Positions 28,523 to 38,571 of a stretch of DNA of 64,000 bases are shown piece after piece (position 1 is the stretch's first letter; every line of letters starts with the position of its first letter). The stretch comes from a virus. The position numbers were made by a program, and so were the translations under genes. The DNA lies in the IMG/VR virus record IMGVR_UViG_3300045988_141143; one strand, written 5' to 3'. The notes under the pieces were generated by a model. That model was not told where the DNA came from. It did no database searches and worked only from the letters and a program-made list of their open reading frames with translations.

Positions 28523-28852
28523 TCACTCGATGGTTCTGTCAGAGCCTCGGGCATGACCTTCACTTTCTTTTCTTTCATAATCGTATAGTCTTGTGAATAA
28601 TCTCTGCAGCCAAAGCAGCAAAAGCAAAAGCCAGTTGGAACAATAAGCTGCAAGAATGGACAACAGCGCAGCCCCGACGGGAGGACAACGCATACAAACA
28701 AGTACGGCAAGCACGCTCCAGAACGTAAGGCACTGAGGGCATGATGCTACCTTGTTCAACACCTGGGCTACGGCTTCAGCCAATCCCAGATGCTGAATGA
28801 GCGTCGCGGCCGTCAGGACTGCGAGGGTTACTAACAGGTACTCCGTCATCAT
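28523..28852 (-). CDS. Small 3-TM membrane protein, holin candidate
   Basis: 109 aa with three hydrophobic helices and a charged C-terminus. Adjacent to the endolysin cluster. Confidence 0.4.
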   Translation of the reverse strand: MMTEYLLVTLAVLTAATLIQHLGLAEAVAQVLNKVASCPQCLTFWSVLAVLVCMRCPPVGAALLSILAAYCSNWLLLLLLWLQRLFTRLYDYERKESEGHARGSDRTIE

Positions 28853-28861
28853 CGTCAGAGT

Positions 28862-29293
28862 TTAAGCGGTCGCTGTGATGGTGAGGGTGAGAGGCGCATC
28901 GCACACAAAGGTCTTACTGCAGCTGCAACAAGCCACACGGGCTATGCCGTTCTGAATCGCACCTACCGAAGCAGACACGGCTGTAATTGCTGTAGCACTG
29001 AACACGGGAATGGTGAAGTCCTGACTCACCACCTGGGAGCGGGTGCAGCACGTGCCGCAGTTGCAGGGCACGTAGTTGATGACACCCTCGGCGTGCATCA
29101 CCACGAGATACTGCGAAGTGCCTACCTTGACAATATTCTTCACCGAAAACTGGGGCACGAACACGGGTGTCTCGTCCACACAGGCAGGTGTGCAGAGCTG
29201 CTGCGTGATGTTCACATCATAATAAGGGGCAGTGGCTGTCGCACCTACTGCCAGAGTAGCCGTAATGACGGCTGGAATGGTTCTTTTGTTCAT
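28862..29293 (-). CDS. Secreted Cys-rich protein
   Basis: Signal peptide MNKRTIPAVITATLAVGATATA. Motifs CTPAC, CNCGTCC and CCSC. Confidence 0.4.
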   Translation of the reverse strand: MNKRTIPAVITATLAVGATATAPYYDVNITQQLCTPACVDETPVFVPQFSVKNIVKVGTSQYLVVMHAEGVINYVPCNCGTCCTRSQVVSQDFTIPVFSATAITAVSASVGAIQNGIARVACCSCSKTFVCDAPLTLTITATA

Positions 29294-29401
29294 AATCTTT
29301 TTCTTTTTTAATAAAGCGACGAAACTTGCCGCCGCATTCTTTTTAATTGATAAATAGTGCAGGACGTATCTCCTACTGTCAGAGAAAAGGCGAGGCACAC
29401 G

Positions 29402-29824
29402 TTAATGTTTCACCTGATAGCCTGTCGATGACTCCACAGGGAGGTTCTTCTGCAGAAGGTCTGCCAGCTCGTCGAGGTCATCCTCGTCGAAGGTGATCAT
29501 GCCCTCAAGGATAGAGAGCGACCCCTTGAAGCGCAACTGGTCCACCACGTCGTGAGCCATCTGCGGAATGCTCTCGTCGGGAATGTTACCGAAGTACTTG
29601 CATAGCATCGGCGTGACGAGCGCATTCACTATGGGCTGAATCATGGGTTCCATGTCGGCCTGCAGCGAGTAGTTGCCGCTCACCAGTCCCATGCTGCCGA
29701 TGGTGGCTTGCAACGACTGGAGCATGGGCAGACGCATCAGGTTGCTGGCAGCAATCTGCGAAATGGCTGGCCGTGCCCACTCGGACACGACCGCCGCCAA
29801 AATCTGAGAATTGGTGTAATCCAT
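29402..29824 (-). CDS. Hypothetical protein
   Basis: 140 aa, acidic C-terminus. Confidence 0.35.
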   Translation of the reverse strand: MDYTNSQILAAVVSEWARPAISQIAASNLMRLPMLQSLQATIGSMGLVSGNYSLQADMEPMIQPIVNALVTPMLCKYFGNIPDESIPQMAHDVVDQLRFKGSLSILEGMITFDEDDLDELADLLQKNLPVESSTGYQVKH

Positions 29825-29836
29825 ATCTCACGCCGA

Positions 29837-30355
29837 TTACTGGTTACAGCCACAACCACAACCGCAGCCGGTCTGGCATACGTTGGAGGAAGGGATAAAC
29901 ACCTTGGTGACACTCGCAAGAGATGCCACCTGCGACTTCAGCACGTCGATGTTGGCATTGGCAGCAGCATTGTATGCCACCTGCTGTGCGTTGATCGCCT
30001 GCTGTGCGTCCTTGTTGGCATCCACCTTGTCTTCCACACGGCGCAACTTCGTGTCGAGATACTGGGTTACCTCCACCAACTTCTTGTCGGTGTAGTTCTC
30101 GCTCTTCTGGATGGCGAGCTCAGTCTTGAGTGTAGAGTTCTCCTGAATGAGGTTGGTCTCACTCTTGGTGACAAAACGTGCATCGGGGTCGGAAGGGTTG
30201 GCAGTAGCCGGACCGCCGTTTCTCGTCATGCCCAACAGCGAAGCGCCACCGCCCAAAAGGCTGGTAGCCAATCCCGCAATACCAAGGCCAAGGGCTGTGT
30301 TACCTAAGCCTTTGCTGGCAACATCATAGTTGCCGTCATTAGTTTTTACTTGCAT
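29837..30355 (-). CDS. Membrane-anchored coiled-coil protein with a C-terminal CGCGCGC tail (spanin-like candidate)
   Basis: Glycine-zipper TM GLGIAGLATSLLGGGASLLG, a long heptad-rich segment, and an ending CQTGCGCGCGCNQ. Confidence 0.4.
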   Translation of the reverse strand: MQVKTNDGNYDVASKGLGNTALGLGIAGLATSLLGGGASLLGMTRNGGPATANPSDPDARFVTKSETNLIQENSTLKTELAIQKSENYTDKKLVEVTQYLDTKLRRVEDKVDANKDAQQAINAQQVAYNAAANANIDVLKSQVASLASVTKVFIPSSNVCQTGCGCGCGCNQ

Positions 30356-30530
30356 AATGATTGATATTTAAAAAAATTCTTCCAATATCGGAATCATCTG
30401 CAAAAGTAAAGGGAAACAGACAAAAAGAAAAGGGAAGTTTATGAAGTATTCTTACAGGAAAACCACGAAACAGAAATGCTTATGAAAACATAAACAGGCA
30501 CTATATATAAAGGTATAATAAGAATATCTT

Positions 30531-31439
30531 TTATCGCATGGCTTCCTCAAGAGTTCTAATATAAGGTATGGCTTCGTTGCGCACAATGTCGAGAAAAAGT
30601 TGTGCTGACCGCTTCATCGGCACGTCCTTCATCCAGTGGGCATTGCTCATCAGGTCGTGCTCAAGCCCAGCGATGGGACGGACGGTAAGGGTGGGGTGAC
30701 TCTTCAGATAAAGTTTAGGCATGAAAGTAACACAATGGGTTTCTTCCACGATGGCAAGGTCTTCGTTGGGGTCGCTCACAATACATTTTACATTCAGTTT
30801 CATCAAGTCGTATCTCAGATATTGCTGGAAGGTATTGAACACCCTTTCGCCTACATCGGGCATAATCACGTTGTGCCTTAACAAATCCTCGTATGACACC
30901 TTTTCCAGTCGGGCCAAAGGATGGGTGTCCCGCATCATCGCATAGATACGGAAAGGAATACAGGGTTCTGACTTGATACCCTCATTCTTGTAGGCAGAGT
31001 TCAGAGTGAAGGCGAGGTCAATGGAGTGGCTTCTCAACAGGTGGTTCAAGTTCGCTGCCTTGGCAAACTCGGCGTTGATTCTCACATTCGGGTATCGCTC
31101 CATGAAGATAAGTGCAGCCATCCGAATGTAAGGTGCGATAAAAGAGCCTACACCTATCCTCAGCTCGCCCACAAGGCAGTTGTTGAGCGCATTGATTTGC
31201 TCCTTGCAGTCATCCGTCTGCTTCAGTATCTCCTTGGCGCGAGGCAAAAGCGCCTCGCCGCTCTCGGTGAGCATGATGCTGTGCGAGGTGCGGATAAGCA
31301 GCTTGCACCTCAGTTCATCCTCAAGAGCCTTGATGTGCTGACTGATGGCGGACTGAGTGACACAACAGCGCGTGGCTGCAATGCTGAAAGATAAAGTTTC
31401 AGCGACATATACAAATGAGCGCAAATGACGAAGTTCCAT
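30531..31439 (-). CDS. LysR-family transcriptional regulator
   Basis: N-terminal HTH MELRHLRSFVYVAETLSFSIAATRCCVTQSAISQHIKALEDEL followed by a LysR substrate-binding-like domain. Confidence 0.75.
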   Translation of the reverse strand: MELRHLRSFVYVAETLSFSIAATRCCVTQSAISQHIKALEDELRCKLLIRTSHSIMLTESGEALLPRAKEILKQTDDCKEQINALNNCLVGELRIGVGSFIAPYIRMAALIFMERYPNVRINAEFAKAANLNHLLRSHSIDLAFTLNSAYKNEGIKSEPCIPFRIYAMMRDTHPLARLEKVSYEDLLRHNVIMPDVGERVFNTFQQYLRYDLMKLNVKCIVSDPNEDLAIVEETHCVTFMPKLYLKSHPTLTVRPIAGLEHDLMSNAHWMKDVPMKRSAQLFLDIVRNEAIPYIRTLEEAMR

Positions 31440-31540
31440 AATAGTTAAATGTTAATAGACCAATAATAAATTCATGCCGCAAATTTACACAAAATATTTA
31501 AAGATAACAGAAACCTCGCATTAAAATTGCTAATATTATA

Positions 31541-31587
31541 ATAACAAAAAACCCGGTATCATAGACTTATTAGCCAAGATACCGAGT
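31541..31587 (-). terminator. Rho-independent terminator
   Basis: Hairpin CGGTATC/GATACCG followed on the minus strand by GTTTTTTGTTAT. Confidence 0.45.
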
Positions 31588-31642
31588 CTTTGAAAGTATA
31601 AATTTTAAAATCGTAAATGTTATGCCTTACAATTTAGAGCGA

Positions 31643-31822
31643 TCAATCATCATCAATCAATGTACTGGCGGTGCTTGTCGGAGTTGTACTTGCGTCTGTC
31701 GGCTTCACACTTGCAGAGCTCGTCCTTCCCGCAGTCGCTCTCGCAGCCGCTTTCTTTGCTGCTGATGTTCCTGGGTCGGCGGAATCAGTCTCGCCCTTAT
31801 CAGTTCCGCCCGTTATCCCCCC
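31643..31822 (-). other. Putative -1 programmed-frameshift extension of the upstream 188-aa structural protein
   Basis: Heptamer GGGGGGA (minus strand, 31822-31816) lies at the last codons before the stop. The -1 frame stays open for about 58 codons (ITGGTDKGETDSADPGTSAAKK...TLIDDD) within a GC-rich island. Confidence 0.3.
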
Positions 31823-32379
31823 ACTGCCTTGGAAGCAAGGAGTGAATCCCATCCTTCCGTTGCAGGATCGGTCACGTAGAGGTTAGGATAAAGCACACCG
31901 GACAATTTTGCCTCGTAGGTGGTTTTACGCTCGTCGCCGATTTTTGCGCCAGTGTCCGTTTTAATTCCACCATTGTCGAACTTCACCTTGATGTTAGGAT
32001 CGTACATGATCTGCGTCTTGTCGTTTCCCTTACCTGTTACAATGATGAAAATATCCAGGTTGTTGGCGGCGCGGGCAAGCTTGCCGGCGACCTCGTTCAC
32101 AGCGGCGACAGCAAAGTTAGAGGTGATCTCGAAGCCACCTTTATAACCAGCCGAAGAACCCTGAATCTGCTGTGTGTCATCGCTGGCTTCAACCTTGTAA
32201 AGTCCCTTACCGCTCTTGAAGGTAGGAGTAGAATAAGTGCTGCCGGTGAGAGTCAGTGGCGCAGCCAAATCACTCTTCAGACCGATATACACATTATTGC
32301 CCATACCTGCGATATTCTCCAAGCACTCGTTTTCGTTCAGTACATCCACGAGCTCAGGACATGTTGCTTTTTCTGCCAT
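31813..32379 (-). CDS. Virion structural protein (major tail or decoration-like)
   Basis: 188 aa, beta-rich and Gly/Thr-rich. Immediately downstream of the capsid gene. Confidence 0.4.
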   Translation of the reverse strand: MAEKATCPELVDVLNENECLENIAGMGNNVYIGLKSDLAAPLTLTGSTYSTPTFKSGKGLYKVEASDDTQQIQGSSAGYKGGFEITSNFAVAAVNEVAGKLARAANNLDIFIIVTGKGNDKTQIMYDPNIKVKFDNGGIKTDTGAKIGDERKTTYEAKLSGVLYPNLYVTDPATEGWDSLLASKAVGG

Positions 32380-32490
32380 AGTCGTATCTTGTTTTAATGG
32401 TTTAATAAGAAAAGGCGGCGACCGACATTTTCCGTCAGGTCAGCCGACCGCCGCCCGTGAATTTATTATTATGAGCAGTCGTGCCGATGA

Positions 32491-33777
32491 TTACTCACTT
32501 GCCTTGAAGAAGGCAGTAAGACCCATACTCATACCAGTAGCGGTGATGGTGATGGACTTCTCCTTGCTGCCGTTGCTCCAATGTGAGAACTTATCCTTTG
32601 TACCGTCCTTTGCCTCAAGAGTCAGGATCTGGTTAGGAGTGGTTTCTACGGCCTTGTCGTATTTAGTACCGTTGACGGTTACTGAAGCGTCGGTAATCTC
32701 CTTGCCTTCAGTTTCTGCGATAGTCACTACAAGGTTAGAGTTGGTATAGTCGCCAGATACGAAGTCAGTGCAGCGCAGCTCACCATCCGTAACAGCCAAA
32801 GCCCATGAGAATGGATTTTCGATACCGTAGCCCTGAATACTCTGACACTGGAACTGCAGGTCACGTGTATCGTTGTCAGAGCCGAGGCGTACATCGACGA
32901 AAGTCTGATTACCCTCTGAATCAACAGCGAACACGAGGTTGCCGGCAACAGAGAAGATGATGCGGTCGCCTTCACCCATACCGTCTACAGGAGCGATAGT
33001 TACCTTTGGCAACTCAGGAATCTTGTAGTTACCGTCTGCTACTACGTCGAGCTTGTGAGTACCGTATGACTGGAGAGCATAAGCATCAGAGATATTGATA
33101 GCAGTCTCTGTAGTCATGTAAGCGAAAATCTGCTGACGACGAAGACGTGGATCAAGCTTCATGTAAGCTTCACGGAAGTTCTTGTAAGCAGAACTATCTG
33201 TGGAAGACGTAGGAGCTGAGATGGCTTCACAATGAATGAGGTTATGGTTAGCCTCACTGATCAAGCCGTCCTCGATGTCATGGTTGATACAGGTAATCCA
33301 GCCATCAGCCAAGCCCATAGCCTTCTCCTCTTCGGTAGCGCCCTCGTGATCGTTGTCGATGTCACCCCACCAGGCGTTATTGTAGATGTCATCTGCATGG
33401 GTTTTGATTACGGCCTCTACAGCAACAGTAGAAAGAGGATAAGCACCCTGCGCGTCTGTACCATGGATTGTCTCGCAATATCTGTCGATATTATCAGAAC
33501 CATGGAACCAAGCGAGCTTGGCAGTAAGTACGCGCTCTTTCAGGAAGCCCACCTCGCTGTTCATCTTAGGATTGACATCCTTTCGGCGAGTGGTGCCACC
33601 TTTACGCAAGAAGATGTTAGTTGTACGCTGATACTGGATGCCACTGATAACTTTTACTCCAAGACGCTGCATATCTTCAGGAGCTGCATACTGTGGTCCC
33701 ATCACGACGCTTTTAAAAACTTGGTTAGCTACCTGCTGAAGGACATCAATACCAATAAAGTTTTTAGGTGTATTCAT
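32491..33777 (-). CDS. Major capsid protein (HK97-fold candidate) with a C-terminal Ig-like extension
   Basis: 428 aa, directly downstream of the protease/scaffold gene. C-terminal Thr/Lys-rich beta domain. Confidence 0.55.
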   Translation of the reverse strand: MNTPKNFIGIDVLQQVANQVFKSVVMGPQYAAPEDMQRLGVKVISGIQYQRTTNIFLRKGGTTRRKDVNPKMNSEVGFLKERVLTAKLAWFHGSDNIDRYCETIHGTDAQGAYPLSTVAVEAVIKTHADDIYNNAWWGDIDNDHEGATEEEKAMGLADGWITCINHDIEDGLISEANHNLIHCEAISAPTSSTDSSAYKNFREAYMKLDPRLRRQQIFAYMTTETAINISDAYALQSYGTHKLDVVADGNYKIPELPKVTIAPVDGMGEGDRIIFSVAGNLVFAVDSEGNQTFVDVRLGSDNDTRDLQFQCQSIQGYGIENPFSWALAVTDGELRCTDFVSGDYTNSNLVVTIAETEGKEITDASVTVNGTKYDKAVETTPNQILTLEAKDGTKDKFSHWSNGSKEKSITITATGMSMGLTAFFKASE

Positions 33778-33830
33778 AATACTTTACTTTTTAAAAATGT
33801 GAATGAAAGTTTGAAAAAATAGAAATGATG

Positions 33831-35552
33831 TTAGAGAAGACCATTATCACGTTTATACTTCTCGATAGCCTTCTTTGAGCCAACAGGATCTGAAGGGTTC
33901 CAAGTGGGGTAGGCTGTATGAGGTTCGGTTACCTGTGCGCCTTCTCCGTTGTTACCTGGTGCAGTTCCTGCCGCAGGTTCCTTGCCAGCCTCTTCGGTAA
34001 GGGCGGCTATCTGGGCGTCCTTGTCGGCAATGGTCTGCTCGGCTGTAGCGAGCGATTCCTTTGCGCCTTTCAGTTCCTCTTCGACCTTGGCTTTGTCGGT
34101 TGTCAGGGCAGCTATCTCCTCATCCTTCTTGGTTGTCAGGGCAGCTATCTCCTCGTCCTTCTTGGCAGTAAGAGTTGTCAGTTCCTCGTTCTTCTTGGCG
34201 AGAGTTGCAGCCGTTTCATCAGAAAGAGTCTTAGCTGCATCGTGTTCTTTCTGAAGAGCATCAAACTTAGCCTGAAGGTCGGCGAGCTTTTGCTCTGCTG
34301 TAGTGGCTTTCTGCTTGGCATCGGCCACAGCCTGCTCGTTGGTGTTCAACTTGGTTTCGAGAGAGTCGAGCAATGGAGCATTCATGAATGTGCCTTCTGC
34401 ATTGACTTCAATCTCGCCTTCCTTGATACCACAAGCAGCGCTAATCAATGGGTAATTTTTCATATCAATATGAGTTTGGTTAAAATTGTTGTTGTTATCC
34501 TTTTTTGAAGATGGAGCGGTTGTTGGCTCTTGTGCTGAACTGGCTACTGTAGCTGAGGTAGAGGCGTTCTTAGGCTCTTTTTCTGTGCCTTCGGTATCAG
34601 TACCTTGGTCATCAGTGGTGATTTCTCTCTCGATAGGCTTTGCTGTACCATTGTAGAGATCGAAGCAGCGGTGGATGCAGTCAAGGAAAGTAGATTGACC
34701 ATCCACCAAAATGCCCTTTGCCTCTTCGGCTGTGAATATCTTTCCATGGAGATGCTCCTTTTTAGCTTTCGGGCAAGCCTTCTTTACATCTCTGCGGAAC
34801 TCGACGCCCAGTTCAGCCAACTCTGCCACGAACTTCTTCGTATTGCCGTCGTTGGCAATATCACGGAACTCGCGATTCTTGTCATAAGACTCCGGATCGT
34901 AAATCTCGTGATAAGTCTTGTTGGTGAACTTGTTGGTACTGCCGTCGGCCTCAGTATAAAAAGCACCCATCACACCGATGCAGCCTACACCGTCCTTCGG
35001 GTGCATGTAATATCGCTCATCGCAGAGAGAGGCGAGATACATACCGGCAGAATAGCAGTCGCCATCGATAAAACACAGAACTGGCTGGCCAAGTGAACGT
35101 GCGTAATTGATGGCCTGTTCATAATCATTCTTAGCCCATGCTGTACCGCCAGGTGTGTCAATAATAAAGATATGACCACGACACAAAGGATGATTGGCTG
35201 CATTAATCATTATGTTACGATGATCGACGGAACCATACGAGCAACCGCCGCCATTGCGGGTGATAGGACCATCAACTGTAAGGACAGAGACAAAAGGAAA
35301 ATTTTGTGCATCATCATCTTTGAGAGCCCACTGACTTCTCACCTGATTACCATCCTCTGAGATCTGATATTCCTCGGGATAGTAGACGCATCCGTTCTCG
35401 TCTATAGCAGTGACAAAACCGCAAGTCTTCTGAGGCTTCTCGAAAGCAGCATGAGTGTTCAGGTTCTGCTCTAAGGCCTTACGTATTCCGTGTACGAACT
35501 CGGGGTTGATCATCCACTCCTTGTTGGTCATAATTTCAAAAAGACCTTTCAT
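33831..35552 (-). CDS. Prohead protease (S49/ClpP-like) fused to a coiled-coil scaffold domain
   Basis: IFIIDTPGG serine-protease motif and FIDGDCYSAGMYLA. C-terminal repeats KKDEEIAALTT x3 within a long coiled coil. Confidence 0.65.
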   Translation of the reverse strand: MKGLFEIMTNKEWMINPEFVHGIRKALEQNLNTHAAFEKPQKTCGFVTAIDENGCVYYPEEYQISEDGNQVRSQWALKDDDAQNFPFVSVLTVDGPITRNGGGCSYGSVDHRNIMINAANHPLCRGHIFIIDTPGGTAWAKNDYEQAINYARSLGQPVLCFIDGDCYSAGMYLASLCDERYYMHPKDGVGCIGVMGAFYTEADGSTNKFTNKTYHEIYDPESYDKNREFRDIANDGNTKKFVAELAELGVEFRRDVKKACPKAKKEHLHGKIFTAEEAKGILVDGQSTFLDCIHRCFDLYNGTAKPIEREITTDDQGTDTEGTEKEPKNASTSATVASSAQEPTTAPSSKKDNNNNFNQTHIDMKNYPLISAACGIKEGEIEVNAEGTFMNAPLLDSLETKLNTNEQAVADAKQKATTAEQKLADLQAKFDALQKEHDAAKTLSDETAATLAKKNEELTTLTAKKDEEIAALTTKKDEEIAALTTDKAKVEEELKGAKESLATAEQTIADKDAQIAALTEEAGKEPAAGTAPGNNGEGAQVTEPHTAYPTWNPSDPVGSKKAIEKYKRDNGLL

Positions 35553-35757
35553 ACGGGTTTAAAAATTAAGATTGTGAATGTAAGTTATCCTGTAAACAAT
35601 TCTTTTTACCAAAGAATGTACTATGTCAAATGTTTCTGTTTGCAAAGGTAATAGATTGAAGGTAGGCAAAAAGGACAAAAAAACGCCGCTATCCTCACGG
35701 ACAACGACGTTGACAACTAAATACTATTTCTGATATTTAACGAATATATTATAAAAT

Positions 35758-36246
35758 TTATTCCAACTGAATAGGAATAAAATCGGACATTGCTTTACAA
35801 GTGGCTGTTATGGTTCTCGACTCCGAACTGTTTGTAGCAGTCGAAGATGTGGCAAGTCGGAAAGTATGAGCAAGCGTATAACAGAGCCAAAACGATTCGT
35901 CTCGCCTACGAAGTACTATATAATAGTCCTTACCCTTCATTAGTTTAGACGCTTCGCATACAAGATTACCACCAGTCAACACATTTACACTCACCTCAAA
36001 GGTATAAACAGTTCCGTTTCCACCTTGCGATGGAGTTTCTTTTGCTGTAATGCTGCTTGCCAATACCGTATGTTCTCCTTCAGACATGGCGATATGCAGC
36101 GCTGGCTCGGAAAAATTGCAGTTGTTTATCTGCATAATCTGAGCGACAAATGGCGGAACAGGGATAGAGGAATGTTCCACATCATGAAAGTAAACGTCGG
36201 TTACGCCATCGAGAAACGTCTCCCTACAATTATCTGGTACAAACAT
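35758..36246 (-). CDS. Hypothetical protein
   Basis: 162 aa. Confidence 0.35.
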   Translation of the reverse strand: MFVPDNCRETFLDGVTDVYFHDVEHSSIPVPPFVAQIMQINNCNFSEPALHIAMSEGEHTVLASSITAKETPSQGGNGTVYTFEVSVNVLTGGNLVCEASKLMKGKDYYIVLRRRDESFWLCYTLAHTFRLATSSTATNSSESRTITATCKAMSDFIPIQLE

Positions 36247-36318
36247 ATATATCGAATATTATAATTAAACTTTTAACTTATTTTACTTTTCTTATTAACA
36301 CATTTTTAAAGGCGGTAT

Positions 36319-37050
36319 TTATAGCCATTGTATCTCGTCAATGTGCATACAGCTTTCTTTTGCGTCGCCATACTGCATATCGAAACACGAAAACGACTTA
36401 TAATTGGCGTGTTCGGTACTCAACCAGCGGTTGACGATGCGGCGAAGATTATCCTTTTCTTCGGTTGTCGGTTCTATGCCATATCTCATTAAGTATCGCT
36501 CCAGCGCAGCAGCCCTGGAACGAGCTATCAGACGGCCTTTTGACGTGCAATAATCGAAAGTAGAAAGCGACCACTCCACAATGCTTCGCTTGAAGTCATT
36601 GTTTATGGATGTAAGCAGGCGACGCACACCATGGGTATCAATCGTCCAGGAAGGAGTAACCGACTTGACTACATCTACCATCTCCACCTCATTCGGAAGT
36701 TTAATGCAAAGATAATCTTCATTGTTGGTTTTAGCGTAATCAAGTTTACCGTTCAAGTATTGAACTTCGCCATAAGAAAGATATTGGTGAACATCTCTCT
36801 TGATGACAATACTTCCACCTAAAGGATGTCTGCCTTGCATCATGTTTCGCCACTGCTGTTGCGAAAAACAAGTCATATTGATTTGCTTACAATTAGCCAC
36901 AGCCGGGGTCAGTGAATTGCGCAGAATGAAATGCTCCGGCATATAACTGTTAAAGACCAGAGGATCACACTCGGACAATACGTGGTTAGGGTCTCGATTC
37001 CTGATAAACTGGCACCGACTCAACGGAAGCCGAAGATAGATATTTGGCAT
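36319..37050 (-). CDS. Hypothetical protein
   Basis: 243 aa. Confidence 0.35.
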   Translation of the reverse strand: MPNIYLRLPLSRCQFIRNRDPNHVLSECDPLVFNSYMPEHFILRNSLTPAVANCKQINMTCFSQQQWRNMMQGRHPLGGSIVIKRDVHQYLSYGEVQYLNGKLDYAKTNNEDYLCIKLPNEVEMVDVVKSVTPSWTIDTHGVRRLLTSINNDFKRSIVEWSLSTFDYCTSKGRLIARSRAAALERYLMRYGIEPTTEEKDNLRRIVNRWLSTEHANYKSFSCFDMQYGDAKESCMHIDEIQWL

Positions 37051-37099
37051 CTTAAAAAATGTTTACTTTTTACATTCAGATTGGCAAGAGGGTCTTTTT

Positions 37100-38077
37100 T
37101 TACCTTTTTACTTTTTTACCTTTACTTCTATGGTAGTACAACAGGATAATATCTGTTACTCTAAAGCAATAGTTGGCTGGATCTTTATCCGCTGTGACAG
37201 TACATCCCGCCTCTTTCATCACCTTGTCGAGCCTTTCTGTCTGACTGGGCGATAAAACTTTGACGAGCGATAAAGCATCTATATACGTTCCTCCACTTTC
37301 CGTATGCTTGATAAATTCCTTATCAAAATGGGTTTCATTGTAAAAAAACAGGTTAATGGCTTCTACCATCTGCTCTGCAGTATAAACTGGCAACATGGGT
37401 GTCAGTTTACGAAGCTTCTTGCTGTAGGTAGTCAAACGTTTGCTGAGGTAATCGTCGATACTGTCAGAATATTCAAAATACAGCTGTGCTTTAGGAGTGT
37501 TGTCATCCTTACCAATAACAGACTGATAAAAGCCACGAAGTTGCTGTATCATTTTGATAACACCGTCGAACTGATGGAACTCAGTAGTATTGCCGAAGAC
37601 TGCATACATATTCGACCTGACATCCTTCACGACGCATTCCAGCATGTCGGAAAGAAACGCTACCTTATCAAGGTTGAGTGACAATGTATCTACCTTCTCT
37701 TGCATACCATCCTGAGAATAATCTACAAAATATCTCAGTAGAGTACCGAAGGAGAAAAAGTCGAAGGTAACGTTGGAACGAACATTCGCCAACACAACGG
37801 AGGAATACATCGTATAAGCCAGCTCTAAATCGCGCTTCTGTATCTGCTTCACCAGATTTTGAATTTCCGATGAACCTTGCTTCAACCGACTTGCCACCTT
37901 CGCGAGGTTGTTGCGTCTCGTCATCAACTCATTAAAGTCAGGATCACGAAAGAGTAGGTCAAGCGACTCGGTATATTTCTCCAAAGGTACGTCTTTGAAG
38001 TTAATGGAATAAATGGTAGGCTGCGCATAGATGGCATCTATGCGCTTTGCCTCTTGTTGCTTTTTGCTTTTGCCCAT
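37100..38077 (-). CDS. Hypothetical protein
   Basis: 325 aa. Ends SKGKKVKR*, matching the C-terminal end and 3-prime flank of the ORF at 27848-28375. Confidence 0.35.
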   Translation of the reverse strand: MGKSKKQQEAKRIDAIYAQPTIYSINFKDVPLEKYTESLDLLFRDPDFNELMTRRNNLAKVASRLKQGSSEIQNLVKQIQKRDLELAYTMYSSVVLANVRSNVTFDFFSFGTLLRYFVDYSQDGMQEKVDTLSLNLDKVAFLSDMLECVVKDVRSNMYAVFGNTTEFHQFDGVIKMIQQLRGFYQSVIGKDDNTPKAQLYFEYSDSIDDYLSKRLTTYSKKLRKLTPMLPVYTAEQMVEAINLFFYNETHFDKEFIKHTESGGTYIDALSLVKVLSPSQTERLDKVMKEAGCTVTADKDPANYCFRVTDIILLYYHRSKGKKVKR

Positions 38078-38156
38078 ATTAAAATCTACTATTTATCATA
38101 ACGTCCATTAATGACCAAACGGAAAACGCATCTTTAGCCATGATTATCAAATACGA

Positions 38157-38546
38157 TTATCTCTCGTCACCATCGCCGGCAATGACATTTCGCTGCTTGC
38201 GAGAGGCAAGTTTAGCCAGGTTTTCCTCAGCCACTTCTTCGAGCGTAACACCCATCACTTTTGCCAGTCCTGCTGTCTGCCAAAGAATGTCGCCGATTTT
38301 AGAAAGCATCAGATGGCGTTCCTCGTCACTGACGTTCCACACCTGTGTATGCAGGATCTTGCCTTCCTCGTCGCGCTGGGTAGTGGTGATATGCAGCTTG
38401 CCTTTGCGCATGTGCTTACCGGCTTTGCTTGCAAACTCACCAACCTCGCCAACGAGATTGGCAAGCATATAGAAGAGGTTGTCACTCTCAGGAAGACAAG
38501 TACTCATTGCCTTGTCCTGATATTCGTTTAATGTTAAATTTGCCAT
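38157..38546 (-). CDS. MazG-like nucleotide pyrophosphohydrolase
   Basis: LANLVGEVGEFASKAGK and IGDILWQTAGLAKVMGVTLEEV match the MazG EEXXE motifs. Start taken at MANLTL. Confidence 0.65.
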   Translation of the reverse strand: MANLTLNEYQDKAMSTCLPESDNLFYMLANLVGEVGEFASKAGKHMRKGKLHITTTQRDEEGKILHTQVWNVSDEERHLMLSKIGDILWQTAGLAKVMGVTLEEVAEENLAKLASRKQRNVIAGDGDER

Positions 38547-38571
38547 GATATATATATGTTTATATTGATGA

